This document shows, one piece after another, positions 12,515 to 25,715 of a stretch of DNA of 64,000 nt. Origin of the DNA: Nitrospirales bacterium. Its GTDB lineage: Bacteria; Nitrospirota; Nitrospiria; Nitrospirales; UBA8639. The translations under genes and the position numbers were made by a program. The stretch covers positions 2,144,001 to 2,208,000 of the forward strand of contig CBDBCZ010000017.1 in the NCBI GenBank assembly GCA_965203295.1, written 5' to 3'. The notes below the pieces were generated by a model. It had not been told where the DNA came from, searched no databases, and saw only the letters and a list, made by a program, of their open reading frames with translations. Positions within the stretch are counted from its first letter, which is position 1. The number at the start of each line of letters is the position of its first letter.

Positions 12515-13522
12515 TTGCATCCACGGCTCCCTGAGCCCTCACTAAAGTATCCTGGGCTGCAGCTCTGTACGTGTCTCAACGTTACTGCCAGCCTAGGTCT
12601 CGCTCAATTCTTGCCCCAGTTGCCACAGGGTCCGGCCAAAACATTTAGTTTATTAGGTTATTAGAGGGAGACCTCTAACACTCACACAGCCTATGTGAGA
12701 GCGAGACATTAATCAAGATTTCATTGTCGAACACCTCTTAGTACGTATGAGGTAAGTAATGTTGTGGCGTGGTAGTTGAATCTGAGCTAGTGTATGTACG
12801 GTCTTGAAAAACTAACAAACAAGTTAGCATCAGCACCACATTACACAGAAAAGATCAATGAAGAGCAAGTCAGGATGAAATCCCTAAAAATAAGATAAGA
12901 ACTAGAAGTCTCTAGCAGAAACATATCCCACACTCCTGAACTCTGCAGACTGGAAACAGCATGTGGACCCGTATACCGTGCTCGTGTAACGCCGTATACG
13001 AGTGGTAAGCGTGACTGATATAATAGTAATGACATGGGTGCTTCTCTACGTATACTCTAGTATGGACACGTGTCAAGAGTCTGCATATGCTGGCCTCGGT
13101 CATATTCAAAATCTTGTTCATACTAAAATGGCGGACCTTACCGATGTTGAATAAGAAAAAGTCGGACATACGGAGACAAGAATCGTTTTGGTTATTGTCA
13201 GGGACACACTCGTTGGATTTCAATTATTACATCCTGCTTTGTGATTATTATAGCATCTCAATCTCCCGTTCAAAAGTTGTTTTTTTTTATGACAGATGAT
13301 GACGACAGATGGACAAAACCGAATACTTAACCCCACTCACGTATACGCGGCACAGGGTAATGACACAACAGAACTTTCATGGATTACCACTACCATCCCT
13401 ACAACCTGCCAACAGCACACACACACCACAAGCATGCTAATATCTGTATGGAAAATTCCAACAGTGCCACTACATGCAGTGTAGCCACTGAAGACTACAT
13501 AAACAGGTTAAGTGCCACATAT

Positions 13523-13580
13523 AGGCCCATTACAGGCCCCCAAAAATTGTAAGAGTTCAATTTATATTGGAGCAGGAACA
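13523..13580 (-). ncRNA. Putative Sm-class small RNA, cassette L6 copy A (separated from its TATA box by a MITE)
   Basis: Minus: TGTTCCTGCTCCAATATAAATTGAACTCTTAC-AATTTTTGG-GGGCCT-GTAAT-GGGCCT. Ends are predicted. Confidence 0.55.
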
Positions 13581-13602
13581 GAACAAGGAGTCAGGTTTCC
13601 TC

Positions 13603-13772
13603 TAGTCTCGTACCCAGAGCCCTCCCCCCGGTTAATCAAGCGTACGCGTAATTACGTTCCATAAATTCCAACTCTACGTACGCGTAGCGGTAACGCAATC
13701 TCCCAGACCCTCCCTTCGTTTTACTTTTTCCCTACTTTACCAGGGGGGGGGAGGGCTCTGGGTACGAGACTA
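13603..13772. mobile_element. 170-bp MITE with 9-bp TSD (copy A only)
   Basis: TIR TAGTCTCGTACCCAGAGCCCTCCCCCCC; TSD ggtttcctc at 13594-13602 and 13773-13781; empty site in copy C (~59738). Confidence 0.92.
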
Positions 13773-13777
13773 GGTTT

Positions 13778-13858
13778 CCTCCTTATATATGCAGCACTTG
13801 CTCAAAATACTTGTGGGTTGCTAAAACTCTCAATAATATCCATTACAGTGCATGAATA
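13778..13858 (-). promoter_or_regulatory. snRNA-type promoter of L6
   Basis: Minus: ATTCATGCAC...AACCCACAAGTATTTTGAGCAAGTGCTGC-ATATATAAGGAG. Confidence 0.6.
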
Positions 13859-15040
13859 TCATTACCTGCTCTGCAGCCATATTATGGCCCTACATTGTAC
13901 AGGGGAGACTACAGCTCTGGTGCAAATACTACTAGTTCCGGTTTTGGTCAGCATAAAGTTTTGAGATTCACATGTAAGCATGATCTTACACAAGTTAATG
14001 CCTCCAGAGGAGGTTGGAAGCGGTCATGTATACTAATAGTGGAATCCAATTAGCTATGCTTTCTGATGATGTCAATAAAACGTCTTGGGCATAAAGTTTA
14101 GAGACTCACACATGTGAGCATGAACTTGCCATGGAATTCTCAATGAACAGCATTAAAGTAAACCTCACACCGAAGCCTTTCACCTCATACTGTAGCCATG
14201 GAGAAAAATTTGGACAAAAGGACTTTGGTATGAATTGAGGAATGTCGGGCAGTTATACAGCGGGCGGGGGGGGGGGTGTGGCTAGAGTCCACACATATTA
14301 TTTGTCTACTTTCCATACTACAAACCAATTCTGGGTAGCAATCTAGCCAATGCGATCTACATGTACGTACGAGATCTTATAAGTGTTCTCTCTACCCTGA
14401 GCCCCAATGTCTGTGAAGGTAGATGGGACTTAGAAAGTATTCAGCTAACTGAATATTCAACAGTGCAGGCTGGCAGTTTAAAGCTAAATTTGTGCAAGAC
14501 TCTCCCTCTTCTTATTTCATTTTTTACCCTGCACCCATATACACAAGTGGGGTTGAGCAATCTGCTGTTGTTGTACAGCTGTCCTTAAAAAAAATTCGAT
14601 TTAGAGGCTCTAACAATTTCAAAACAGGATGTAACTAAAGAAATAAAAAAAATCGAGGTGTGTGTGTGTCCTGACAGTGACCTAAGGGTTCTAGCCAGCT
14701 CTATCTTATTCAATATCAGTAAGGTCTACCATTTTAATACGGTGAAGAACTCCACTAAGGCAGAGGCCAGGCACACGCGGTCTGTGTTCACGGAGGAGTA
14801 TACATAGAGAAGTGTCTGTGTCTTTACTGCGGTGATCAGTCACGCCCTATGGCAGTACATGAACACGATATACTTGTCTTTCACGCTGCCAATAATTTAG
14901 GTCCAGTCTTCAGAGTCCAGGAGCGTGGGGCATGTATCTGCTGAAAACATTTATTTGCTTTTTTTGTGAGGGTGGGGGGAGGGCCTGGGGAGGGTCTAGT
15001 GAGCTAGACTAAGGGTTCTCTAACCTTTCTGATCACTGCT

Positions 15041-15116
15041 TGTCCAGTTCAGCATGATCTCAGGTGCCCTCCACCAGCAGTCAATCATAGTTCTCACTCA
15101 CTCCTCGCTTTAGGTC
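15041..15116 (-). pseudogene. Internally deleted p38-like MAPK exon relic
   Basis: Pyrimidine tract-TAG|DLKRGVSEN, then (other frame) WRAPEIMLNW. Also ~39971-40046 and ~61016-61092. Confidence 0.7.
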
Positions 15117-15850
15117 CTAAGGTGGGGGAGAGGGAATATGCAATGAACAGGTCATGTGGGAGCATCTAATTACAGCAATGGAGAGAACCAATTACTACTC
15201 AGTGATGTGAAGCAGAGTGAGGTCAGTATTTGGGCTCAGATCTCTCTTAGCAATCTGTAGGGTAACCATTCCACACATACGCACTTATGCTCCCAATATC
15301 CAACAATCGCCACGAGTGCACATCCAAGTCAAGACATTCTGATCACTAACCGACAGCAAGGTAGGATCTGAGGATCCAAGAAGTTGAAGAGAGGACAGCA
15401 GAAGATACTACTGCTGCTATGGTACTTGCTAGGCAACAGTGTAAGTACCAGGAGACCCCAGAGGCTGACTGAGACCAGGCTCCAACGAGGGAGAGAGGTC
15501 AGGCACCACTGGAATAGAGTGTGCCAGAGAGAGAGAGAGAAGGGCAGTAGGTACCCCTCGGAAGAGAGGGAGTGTCATGCTTTAACTACGTACCAGAAAT
15601 TCCAGTTTGTATGCTGGGAGTGGGAGGTGGGTGGGGGTGGGGGGGGGGGGGGGAGCCTAAGGTTAGCAAGTCACTTGTGGGTTGGCACAGTTATCGATAT
15701 TCATTCAGTCATTACTGTCTATGATCACTGTTCACTCTAAGTGGAGCCTGAGTGACAAGATATACAGTCACTGCGGTCCAAAATGCCTGTTAGGAACATT
15801 ACCTCAATAAATGCACACACCCGGCCTGTCATACTGATGTATACCCCAAA

Positions 15851-16865
15851 TAGCCTCATTCCCAGTACTTTACACACCAGCTTTTATCTCACAGCCACGG
15901 GAAAAAAGTAAGGGGGAAGGCCTGGTACCACTTATCACGTGCCGTGATGCAGGGTAGACGTTTATACCCACACAATGGTACTTACATGCCCATGCACTAC
16001 TGCATAGCGCTTAAATTTCACAGGTCTTTAATTTCACAAATTTCGTGAATCTGCAAAATTATTTTTAATTTTGTCGCTTCCGACTTTACACAGATGTTTC
16101 TGTTTCAGTACTTCAAGTGCCCTCGTCCGCGATTTCTGCAGCAAACAGCCAAATCACTGCTATCTGCCAGCGCGAAGGTCAGGGAGCATACTTGAAAATG
16201 AGCACAGAGAAGAAGGCCGAAATTGGACATCAAGCAGCAGAGCATGGAGTGCTAGCCACCACTCACTACTACGCTACTGTCTGTGTGCATTACACCCGGT
16301 TACACCCCACCCATAAATTCAGTAGTACGTGTTTAATGAATTTGCAAATTATTTAGCTATTCGCTATTTTTAGACCCACCAAATTTAAGCGCTATGTGGT
16401 AAATGAAAAACGGCATCCGTTGAGCACAGAATGACTGCAAAATTGAAACTGAGGGCTGTTGACTGAGATAAACAATCCTTTGGGTAGCGATTTGTGTAAG
16501 TTCCAACTGCTCACGGCTGAAAGGGACCGTTCTAGAAGGCCTGATGGCGGGTGAGAGGCCATGACAGTGAGAGATGCTCCTACCTTTTATCTAGCTGCCA
16601 TAAGTGTGGGCTTATCGCTGCCTGAAGGATCGTCTGCCTCAGTCAACAGGCCTCGGTGGTGCCATTTCTGTTGTTCTGTGCTTAACAATGCCGATTTTGA
16701 ATTACTAAGTGGGCATGTAAGTACACACGCATGTAAGTACTGTTGCATGGGCATATACGTAAGTCTACCCTACATCACGGTACGTGATAAGTGGTACCAG
16801 GCCTTCCCCCTCGCTTTTTCCCCACCGCTGCGAGATATACAAGCTAGGGTGTGGAAATGAGGCTA
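15851..16865. mobile_element. Old long-TIR MITE (TAGCCTC...GAGGCTA family) with a nested TA-MITE at 16000-16399
   Basis: About 140-bp imperfect inverted arms (aaggcctggtaccacttatcacgt / acgtgataagtggtaccaggcctt). Also 40763-41777 and 61830-62842. Confidence 0.75.
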
Positions 16866-17514
16866 TATGCCAATACTGTTTGACAACATTGGCACACGAT
16901 CCAAAAGTGCCACTCCCCAGTGTGTGGATGATAACCGTCACAGTGAGCTAATATTAGCTCCATTTACTTGCCTCTCCCGAGCAGTTCACGAGATAATGAT
17001 TATACAATGAATAACATTGCTACATAAACTTTTGTGAATAGCCTGATCATGTTCCAAGGCATTGTAGACGGAGAATACACCTCAGCAAATGGGTTTACAA
17101 GTCCTTGGGTCCTTGCAGTGTTTTCTGTCCTAGCATTTAGAATCATGCAGGCTTGTTTCCCAAGAACTCCAAGGCAGACTTCTTGTGTGCACACATGCCT
17201 ATTTCCCATAATCAGTCAGTGTGGCGCCGATAATAGGAAAGTGCCGACACTTTGTCACTTACAATTACATTATATACACATTTCAGAGACAGTTCATGGG
17301 TAGTGAGTAGATGATCGTGCCCGGTACCATCACATCCTACATCTACACAGCCATCTACCTCTTCTCTCACCCAATGAATAAGCCATTGGAAAAAAACAAA
17401 AAAACATGCAGGGATGGAATCTCCAAAGAAACAAAACAGCACCACAATGCTTTACAAAATGCCATCCCCACATCTACTTCATGATAATGAGTTTACTTTC
17501 TAAGGAACTGAGTT

Positions 17515-17582
17515 GAGCCTTTTGGCTCTCCAAAAATTGTGTGCATTATTTCATGCACTTTTTCCTGGTGCATCAGGATCCC
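17515..17582 (-). ncRNA. Putative Sm-class small RNA, cassette L8 copy A (longer, structured 5' part)
   Basis: Minus: GGGA-TCCTG-ATGCAC-CAGGA-AAAA-GTGCAT-GAAATA-ATGCAC-AC-AATTTTTGG-A-GAGCC-AAAAA-GGCTC. TTTATAAGGAG at 17602-17612; ACCCACACGTGTTTTCTCA upstream. Ends are predicted. Confidence 0.6.
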
Positions 17583-18804
17583 AAATTTCTGCTGCAGCTT
17601 GCTCCTTATAAACCCAGTCACTGAGAAAACACGTGTGGGTCTAGCAGCTACTAATGAATTCATAGGACACTTCCTATGATTAGTAATTCACAAATTGATC
17701 CTTACAATGTCACTACAGCTGCACAGCAATACATAGTGTCATGGCAAATGGAGCCCATTGTAGCCTGGGAACGAGGCTAGCCCATTGCGCAGTAGGTGGA
17801 AGAATGACACGAGGCGGAAAGCTGCTGTGTGTGCCTTGAGACCTGACTAGGGGATGTGGCTATAATGCTACTCAGCAACGCTCCAGACTACGCCCGATCG
17901 TGCTCGTGATGAACCCTCAACCACATAGCTCTCAGCTGACTCCTCTCTACACTACACTGCTAGTCGACGTGAGGCAGGATCATCAACTTTTAGGCAATAT
18001 CAGAAGCTGTTTGCTCCTTCCGCCTATCTAGCAGGGACACATATAGCACTAGTGTCATACATGATTGTCAGATACACCCGTACAACTAGTTGCTGCAGGA
18101 GCAAGCCTTTTTAAAGGACTGTTAGTAGCTACCCACTTAACCTGCCTCCATCCAACACTCAGCTACAAAAGTGGTGATGACTGTGAAAGTGTATCCACTA
18201 AGAGTCGAGCTAGTACAGTGCACTTACGGCTAGGCTTCGGTCTTAGCTTTCCTGTTTTGCTTTGCAGTTGTTTGCAGTCGCTGCTTCTGCAGTTGTTTGC
18301 AGTTTCTCCTTTGAGTTACTGCCGCCACATGGCTCAGGCAGGAATCAGTCAGCTACACTAGCTATAGTGGAGATTTTTAACGCAAAGTTGAGGATTGAAC
18401 GTGGAGCTGCCTCTACATGTACGTGATTCAGTCAGTAGCACTATTGCCGGCCTTGGCATATGCAAAATGTTCCATACAAGTCACTAGAGGGGACACTTCT
18501 TTTCATTTCTATCTGTATAGAGCGAGCTAGTTCAACAAGCCCAAATAGTTGCGCGAGCAAAGCGAGCACAACTACTAGTACATGTAAACCAGAGATTTAG
18601 GACTACAAGACAGCAGTCCATTTGTAAAGTGAGAGAGTGTGTACAGTTACATGTGTAGCCTGAGGAATGCTGGCGACCCACCAGACAACAACTCACAGTC
18701 ACACTACTCACAATTAGCATGTTTGACTGGCCACTAATGAGACCCTGCATGGTTACCAAAGGCCCACCCTGGTGACCCCCTCTACCAAGACACTAACCAA
18801 AACA

Positions 18805-18922
18805 CTTCCAGTTCAGCATGATCTCAGGCGCCCTCCAGTAGCGTGTTGTGACGTAGCCGGTCATGATCTCGACTGACGCTCGAAAACTTTGATCTCACTC
18901 CGGTGCTGCTGAGCTTCAGAGC
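18805..18922 (-). pseudogene. p38 (MAPK14-like) MAP kinase exon relic, kinase subdomains VIb-VIII
   Basis: Translates RASVEIMTGYVTTRYWRAPEIMLNWK (TGY activation motif, APEIMLNW as in p38), preceded by a decayed cag|ALKLSSTGV; DFG is lost. A partial copy lies at 1-61. Confidence 0.85.
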
Positions 18923-19474
18923 CTGAGATTGGAAACAGGTTGGCATGGCAATGTAAGCTTCAGAACGTATTTCTCCAACTTGTGAGGGAAATCAAGGCTA
19001 GTAGTGGACAGCATGTGGTGTGTGGGGGGTTGAAAAATGTCCAAAGATGTAGTAATCTGTAAAAGAATTTCGGTACCATGATTGGTTGTTTTTTATGGAT
19101 TCCATCCCTACATGTTCTTTAAGTGTTTTTCTTTTAAAACCTATGTAGCTGTTTCTGTCCTTTATCAATGGAAAGAAGAGTATGGATGGTTGTGCAAACA
19201 GTATTATTAGGTAATCATGATTACTATGCTCTGGAGTTATGCATCAGTGAACTCTGTCAAGTTCCTATAGAGAACGTCGAACACACACACAGCAATCTCA
19301 ATTCACATCACAACAGGGGGCTCACACACGCTTGCCCCTAAAATTTTCAGCCTTCAATTACGGAGAAAATTGTTCGCCATGTCTTGCGGTCTTGTTAAAT
19401 GGGCTGGCCGAATCTTAGCTAGTACTTTCCTATCTTGTTCACATTCAATTCTCAGTTTCTACAAAATTCAACTA

Positions 19475-20447
19475 CCGTAGTGACCGGTTAATAAGCGCAC
19501 ACAGCTATTAGGCGCATGTTTTATAACAAGTGCATACTTCCTACGTATTAGTTAATTGCCCTACTGAAAATATTTGACAAGATCCTACCAAAATCTTGAA
19601 GATAACCTTGCAAGAATCTCATGTGATTCTTGCATAGAATCTTTCAGATTCTTGCAAGGTTTTGGAACACATCTTGAGAAGATCTTTTAGGATTCTTGGC
19701 AGGGATTCTCAAGAATCGTGAAAGTTCCTTGGAAGAATCCTGCCAGATCATCCCAGAAACCACACAGAATCTTGGGAAACCCCAAAGAATCTTGGCAAGT
19801 CTTGCCATGAATCTTGCTAAATCCTCCCAGAAACTACAAAGGTTCTTGGCATGCATCTCCCATGAATCTTAGTTAATCCTGCCAGGATTTTTGTTGAATC
19901 TTCCAAGAATCTTATCTTAATACATGTGGCGCATGCGCTTGTTACACGTGCTAAAATCGCCGAAAGGTCAGAGTCAGTACTGTTTTTGTGAGTGAGCTTG
20001 AGATCGAGATTGAGATGGCACGGGCAGAAGCACCTGTAACCCAACCGTGCCTTAAAAAGTGTCAAATCTTACGCTACAGTTCTCGAGAGACGTGCCTACT
20101 TTTACCGCTCTAGGCTTCAAAAGGCACACAGCAAACCGATTACGTTCACTCTCCTCCTCGCGTAAAAGTACCTTGCCAATAATAGGGGACCACCCTCTCT
20201 TATAGATATGGTGGCCGCGCACAACACTCTCGTGCAGGTACACACCATCTTCATCTGTCAGACTTGAGCTCGCCTTTGCCAATATCCACACGGTGATACT
20301 AATTCCGATAACTCATACCGGGAACCGCGATTACCGCTAGCAAGCGCTTACGTAATTATCGTTAATAAGCGCATACCGACTAATAAGCGCACGGTTTCTT
20401 ACCGCTGTCTACGATAGGCGCATGCGCTTATTAACCAGTCACTACGG
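19475..20447. mobile_element. Same TIR element in copy B
   Basis: Same TIRs and TA flanks; ~220 bp shorter because it has one internal 55-bp unit instead of five. Confidence 0.85.
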
Positions 20448-23135
20448 TAGTCCATGCAATCACACGTGCTAATACTGTAGCATTCTCACACTTGTACCAC
20501 AATGCCCTGTATTCACGTAGTGCATGCTACCACAACACTGACTATTAGCTATCAGAGTCACGGGATGGTCAAAATTAGCCAGTGTTGGTGGATTTGTAGT
20601 ACTGCTACCAAGGGAGGCTTGAGGTCTTGTAGTCAGTATAAAGCTATGAGCACTCGAAGGTAGCTGATTAAGAGCAATGTGGCAACACATACACACACTC
20701 GGTCCCTACATCCCTACATGTTCTTAAAGTGTTTTTCCTTTAACCTAGCTGTTTCTGTCCTTTATCAATGGAAAAAGGCAACACACACACACACACACAC
20801 TCGGTTCCTTGCATGAAAATACAGCAGAGCACTCTGGATACACTCTCCAGCATTTTATCACAACATGTAGTAGGCTATAAAAGGAGTTCAGGAAATAAGG
20901 CTATTCCTTTGATCTACTCTTGCAACGTACTGGCAACCTCATTCCCAGGCCTTCCCCCTTGGGCTGCAAGACAAAAGCTAGGGCAGGAAGGAGTGGATCT
21001 GAGACTATAGGACCTTCCTTAAAAATGCAGCTCTTGTTCAAAACACTATGTGGGTGGACGCTACAATTAAGGTGCATGAATACTATATACTAGAGCCTGG
21101 CGTAATTCCACTTGCAGCTGCTTTCCCCCTGATGGTAGAGTTGTTAATGTAGCTTGTAACTGTAGTTACCCGCATGCGTATGCAAGTAGGTTATTTAAGT
21201 AATTGCTCCTGTTCATCTGTTTGTCGTCAGTCCAGAGAGAAGAAAGAGAATTAAAGGATTTAAGACCTTTATAAGCAGCATAACAAAAAGAGCAAAACAA
21301 AACAGCCATAATGTACGTGTACCTGATCAAAGCAGTTTTTTATGCTAGCATTTTCTATTCTTCATAACACTGGCCCTACCTCTTCACAATCACAGAAATG
21401 AGAAACTTAGAACTTTACAATTGGAGAGGCATGTATACTTTCTATTTATTTATTCGTAATACGTGGCTCCACCTTTTTACGAGCACTTGTTTTTTTTTCT
21501 CGATAGGTGCTCATAGTCCATTTTAGTGATCCTCAACATGATAGTAACACACAGGGTAAGCACTTACTGTCTATATTACTTTAAGGTATTACGGCATTGG
21601 AGATTGTGTACAACAGTACTGTTCAGATCTGACAAATTTGAGGTCATCAGGCGTTTACGAGATAAAACATAGTTTGCAGTTTACTAATCCAGCAAAGGAA
21701 GTCAGCAAAAACTGTTGTTGTCCACATTAATAGCATGCTCATGCATGCATTCAATATACATTAGAGCCCCCAGCAGGCCAACACTCATTGCAATCATATC
21801 AGTGAGGTGGCCAGAACCCCAATCATAGTGAACACAAAACAGTGGGGCAACTCACTACCCAAACCACAGCCAAAATGCCACCAGAAGCCCCTTCCAATTA
21901 TCGAACACAGGACCTTCCTAACCTAGCTCACAATAGATACAATTGCAGGCATATTGTTTTCACCAATGATACTGTCTACTATCTGTAAACACCATCTACC
22001 TAGCTAGCTAGTCCTATCATATAATGTTTGAGGGAGAGATATTTTGTGGATCACAAGAATGCACATTCAAATGAAAAACTTGGTGGAAATATCTTTGCGA
22101 TTCCGCTGCAGCAAGGCCATGCCTACTATCTTTGAGTTTAGAGAAGGAAAGGCGTCATGCTTAGCTGCCCTTTTACCAATTCCGGCAATTTAACATGCTC
22201 TCTGGTCTTCCGGCAGTTTTTTTTTCGAAGCGGTCATACGGCCTATGCTGAGCACTGTCCTACCTCCTTGTCTCCACTGCCAATGCCGCAGCTGAAATGG
22301 CGGGAGCAGATACTACCACTAAAAGTAGACCATTGGGCAAAGATAATGCTGACTACACGCGTGGAACATATCAGTACAGTGCCATCACAGCACACTGAGA
22401 CTAGCTTAGTACATGCCGAATGCTGATGATTTTAAATTTTCACAAACAATATTTTCGTGTACAGTTACAAAGCTGTGAAATTTACGAAACTACTCTCCCT
22501 CAAAGAAATCCCACTATACGGTAGCTAATATTTATTAGAGACAGTTAGACTTCAAGACAGCAGTCTTAGCTTTGTTCCCAGTCTCCACTGCTAGCTCTTT
22601 TTTAGTATGTTGGAAAGTAAGTAGCACATTATATGAAAATAAAGGTAGTGGAGCCTGGGCTGGGAGTGCTTGCACTCTCATATGGACGCAGGACTAGTAT
22701 TTGTGGAGCCGCACAGTGGGAATGCGCAGCTTCGTTCCCAGGCCATATTTGGTTAGTAATACATAAAACTCATCACAGTGCCTGGTGAGTAAAGTCACAC
22801 GCACAGGACAAAGAGAAAGGAAGTAGAAAGGTATAGACTGGGGGTGAGCACAGCTGCAATTCTCAGATGAGTGAAGGTAGCAAATCCGTGGCTAATCTTC
22901 ATAGCCCGTTTGTGTCACAGACTTATTGCTGAAACAGGGTCTCTGGTAGAATGTAGAGAAACACAGCCATCGTTTGATTAGTTCCTACCCATAGAGATAC
23001 CAGGCGCTACTAGTGAACCAGGACCAGGAAAAAGTTTGGATAGTGTAAGGTTAGGGTACAGAGCTGTTTCAGAGACATTTCCAGAACTGTGTGATGACAT
23101 GTTCTACATAACCCACCCCCAAACACACGCATAAA

Positions 23136-23201
23136 TCCCATACAAGTATGGGCTTCCAAAAATTCGCTATGGATCTGATTGATAAACTGATGTTTCACAT
23201 G
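23136..23201 (-). ncRNA. Putative Sm-class small RNA, cassette L9 copy B (deleted in copy A)
   Basis: Minus: CATGTGAAACATCAGTTTATCAATCAGATCCATAGCG-AATTTTTGG-AAG-CCCATA-CTTG-TATGGG. TATAAAA at 23225-23231; AAACCCACAAGAGACTTGCTCA upstream. Ends are predicted. Confidence 0.6.
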
Positions 23202-25715
23202 CTCTCTGGTCTGGGAGAAGCTACTTTTATAGCCCCACTGTGAGCAAGTCTCTTGTGGGTTTGGTACTAGTAATGATATTCATTCACCCAGAATGTAATT
23301 ATGATCACAGTAACAGTTACAGCTAACTCTCAGGGCATCAGGTGGAGCCTGAGTGGCCAGACACAGTGGCCCAGCAGGGGAGCCGGCCAGTCTGGCAGGG
23401 CACTGGACCAATGTTCACGCTGAGTTTACATCATGGCTTCTGCTGCTGAGCGTGCTGGTAGGACTCAATGACAGCAAAGATCCATCCATCCAATTGCAAG
23501 AGCTTCGCATTTCGAAATCGGTGACAAAAAGTTAGTCTGGCCCTTAAGACTACGACAGGGTGCTAATCCTTCATCAATCGAGCCCTTGTCTAGGCTCCAC
23601 CCTTTATTGAACGGGAGGGGATGAAACGATTTCTATGCACATAAGCCAAGTGACACTGTCCACACTACTCTATGGTATACAAACCACATGGGATTGTGGG
23701 AATGGTATTTCACATCTGGAGATTACTTTTGGAAGTTTGAGCTAAAGGCTCTGATACTGTGCAGCATGTGGGCAGTACTGATTCGTAAAGACTCCATGAG
23801 AGCCATTCCTAATCCCTTAAAAAGCGTAATAACAAGTCTGGCATTTCATGTCTAAAAACCAGCCAGGCATCTTTCCCGTACAATACACACAACTCAGCTC
23901 AGGCCCAAGCTAACTGCAGCTGTAGAACTACAAACTATACTACAATAGGGATTCTGCAGAAACTGATAAGCAATCGAACGCAGTACAGCAAAAGTGCTGA
24001 CTCAGTAGTTTCGTTGTGTACTTCCAGTTAGTAGCTACATGCCACGAAAACAGGATCTTTATGGCTGCCTACCAAGTTTTTGCCATCTAGGCAACACACA
24101 ACCACCTTTATTTGCTGTAGCTTGGCCTGCAAACCTATAAAAGCTGCTATATAATGCAGTTGCATAGAAATGTATGACGTAACATATTGCACACGTGATA
24201 AGTGTGGACGCACAAACAGACAAACCAACACGGAAAACGTAAAGCAATCTTAGGACCAGCTGTTTGCGGGCTGCGTGCACTCCGGCTGGTAAAAAATTTA
24301 TAAGCTTTGGGTGGGGAGGGAGGGAGAATAACACTTCAGCCGAACTAATGCTAAAGTGCTTCCGGTGCCCCTGCCCAGATGTAGAGAGTGCAGTATAATT
24401 GAATGAAAGCATAATCAAAATTAATATCTTTGGAGCTAAGCTTTCTTAGTTACAGAGCTTCACTTAAAGTATTATGCTAATTAAAAAGCTTAATACGTAT
24501 CCCATAGTGTGCATGCACATTATGTACCACCAAGTGGGGGTATCAAAGGAACGACCATATGCTCATATTCAGTGAGATTGTCATGTGTTGTACAATTTCA
24601 ACAATATTGAATGCTGCACTGCCCAAAAAAGCATTTTACAAAGCCAAAGTAGAGAATTTACAAAGCAGAAGTAAATAGTACACAAAGCCTAATTAATTAA
24701 ACGGTGTAATGGGCTCAGTTTGGCAGTAAAAAAACAAAGCTATCAAAACTACTACATACCCAGAAGTATTCCAGCAAGGCTTGAAGGGCTACTTAGCAGT
24801 CAAATTAGCCTGAGACTAGCACTTTGGCACAAAACGATGGGATGGCAATGTGGCTACATATATACACACAGAGATACAATGAAACTAGGCATAGACGCTG
24901 AGATGAAGAGTAGTTTACTACATCGATTTGCGAGCAAGTAAATGCAACATATCCTTCATAAGTTACGTATGTGAAGCAGAGTGAGGTCAGTACTTGGGCT
25001 CAGGATCTCAGACAGCATTCGGTACACCAACCACGCTACATACATGTACACACTTGTGCTCCAAATATCTGACAACTGCTATGCACATGGTTTATGGGAG
25101 TATAACCCTCGAGCCTGCGGCCCTCGCGGCGTATTCCCAAAAATCCTCCTCCACAGCAGGTGGTATATCACTGATATACACCTCCTGAACATGATTTCTT
25201 GTAATCTTTGGAGCCAACAAAGCCTTCTCATTAGGGTGCAGTAGGCCGCTTTTCACAGGCCTCCAACAATTTTCTGGCAGTTGTCCATGCCCTGGAGAAG
25301 TTCCTCATTCCCACAATACAACTCTCGTGCTTCATACAAGTCTCACACCGCAACACAGCCACGAGCGTCTTGGCCACTTATATCGGTCTACTTCAAACCA
25401 CATCGGGTAATAATCTAGCCAATGTGATCTACGAGATTTAGCATCCTTTGAGACCTTATTAGTGTCCTCCCCTAAACTCCAGAAAGTAGATTGACTTATG
25501 AAACCAGTTAGCTGGTATCAAACCCACAAGTGCCTTGCTTACTGTGAGCAAGGCACTTGTGGGTTTAATACAAATACATACATTAATTCACCCAGAATGC
25601 AATTACTATGGTTACAGCTCACTCTCAGTGCACCAGATGTAGAAAGTGTATGCTGGTCCAATATCTTAAGAAGATAGGTTAGCTAGTACACACCTAGCCC
25701 GACATAATACTGTAT

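Larger units (their letters stand above)
1..18869. repeat. Tandem segmental duplication, copy A of an ~19-20 kb unit
   Basis: Position 1 (cggctgacgctcga) recurs at 18870 and 43657; colinear near-identical sequence follows, and the same spurious ORFs recur (e.g. 5645/24720/48152). Confidence 0.95.
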
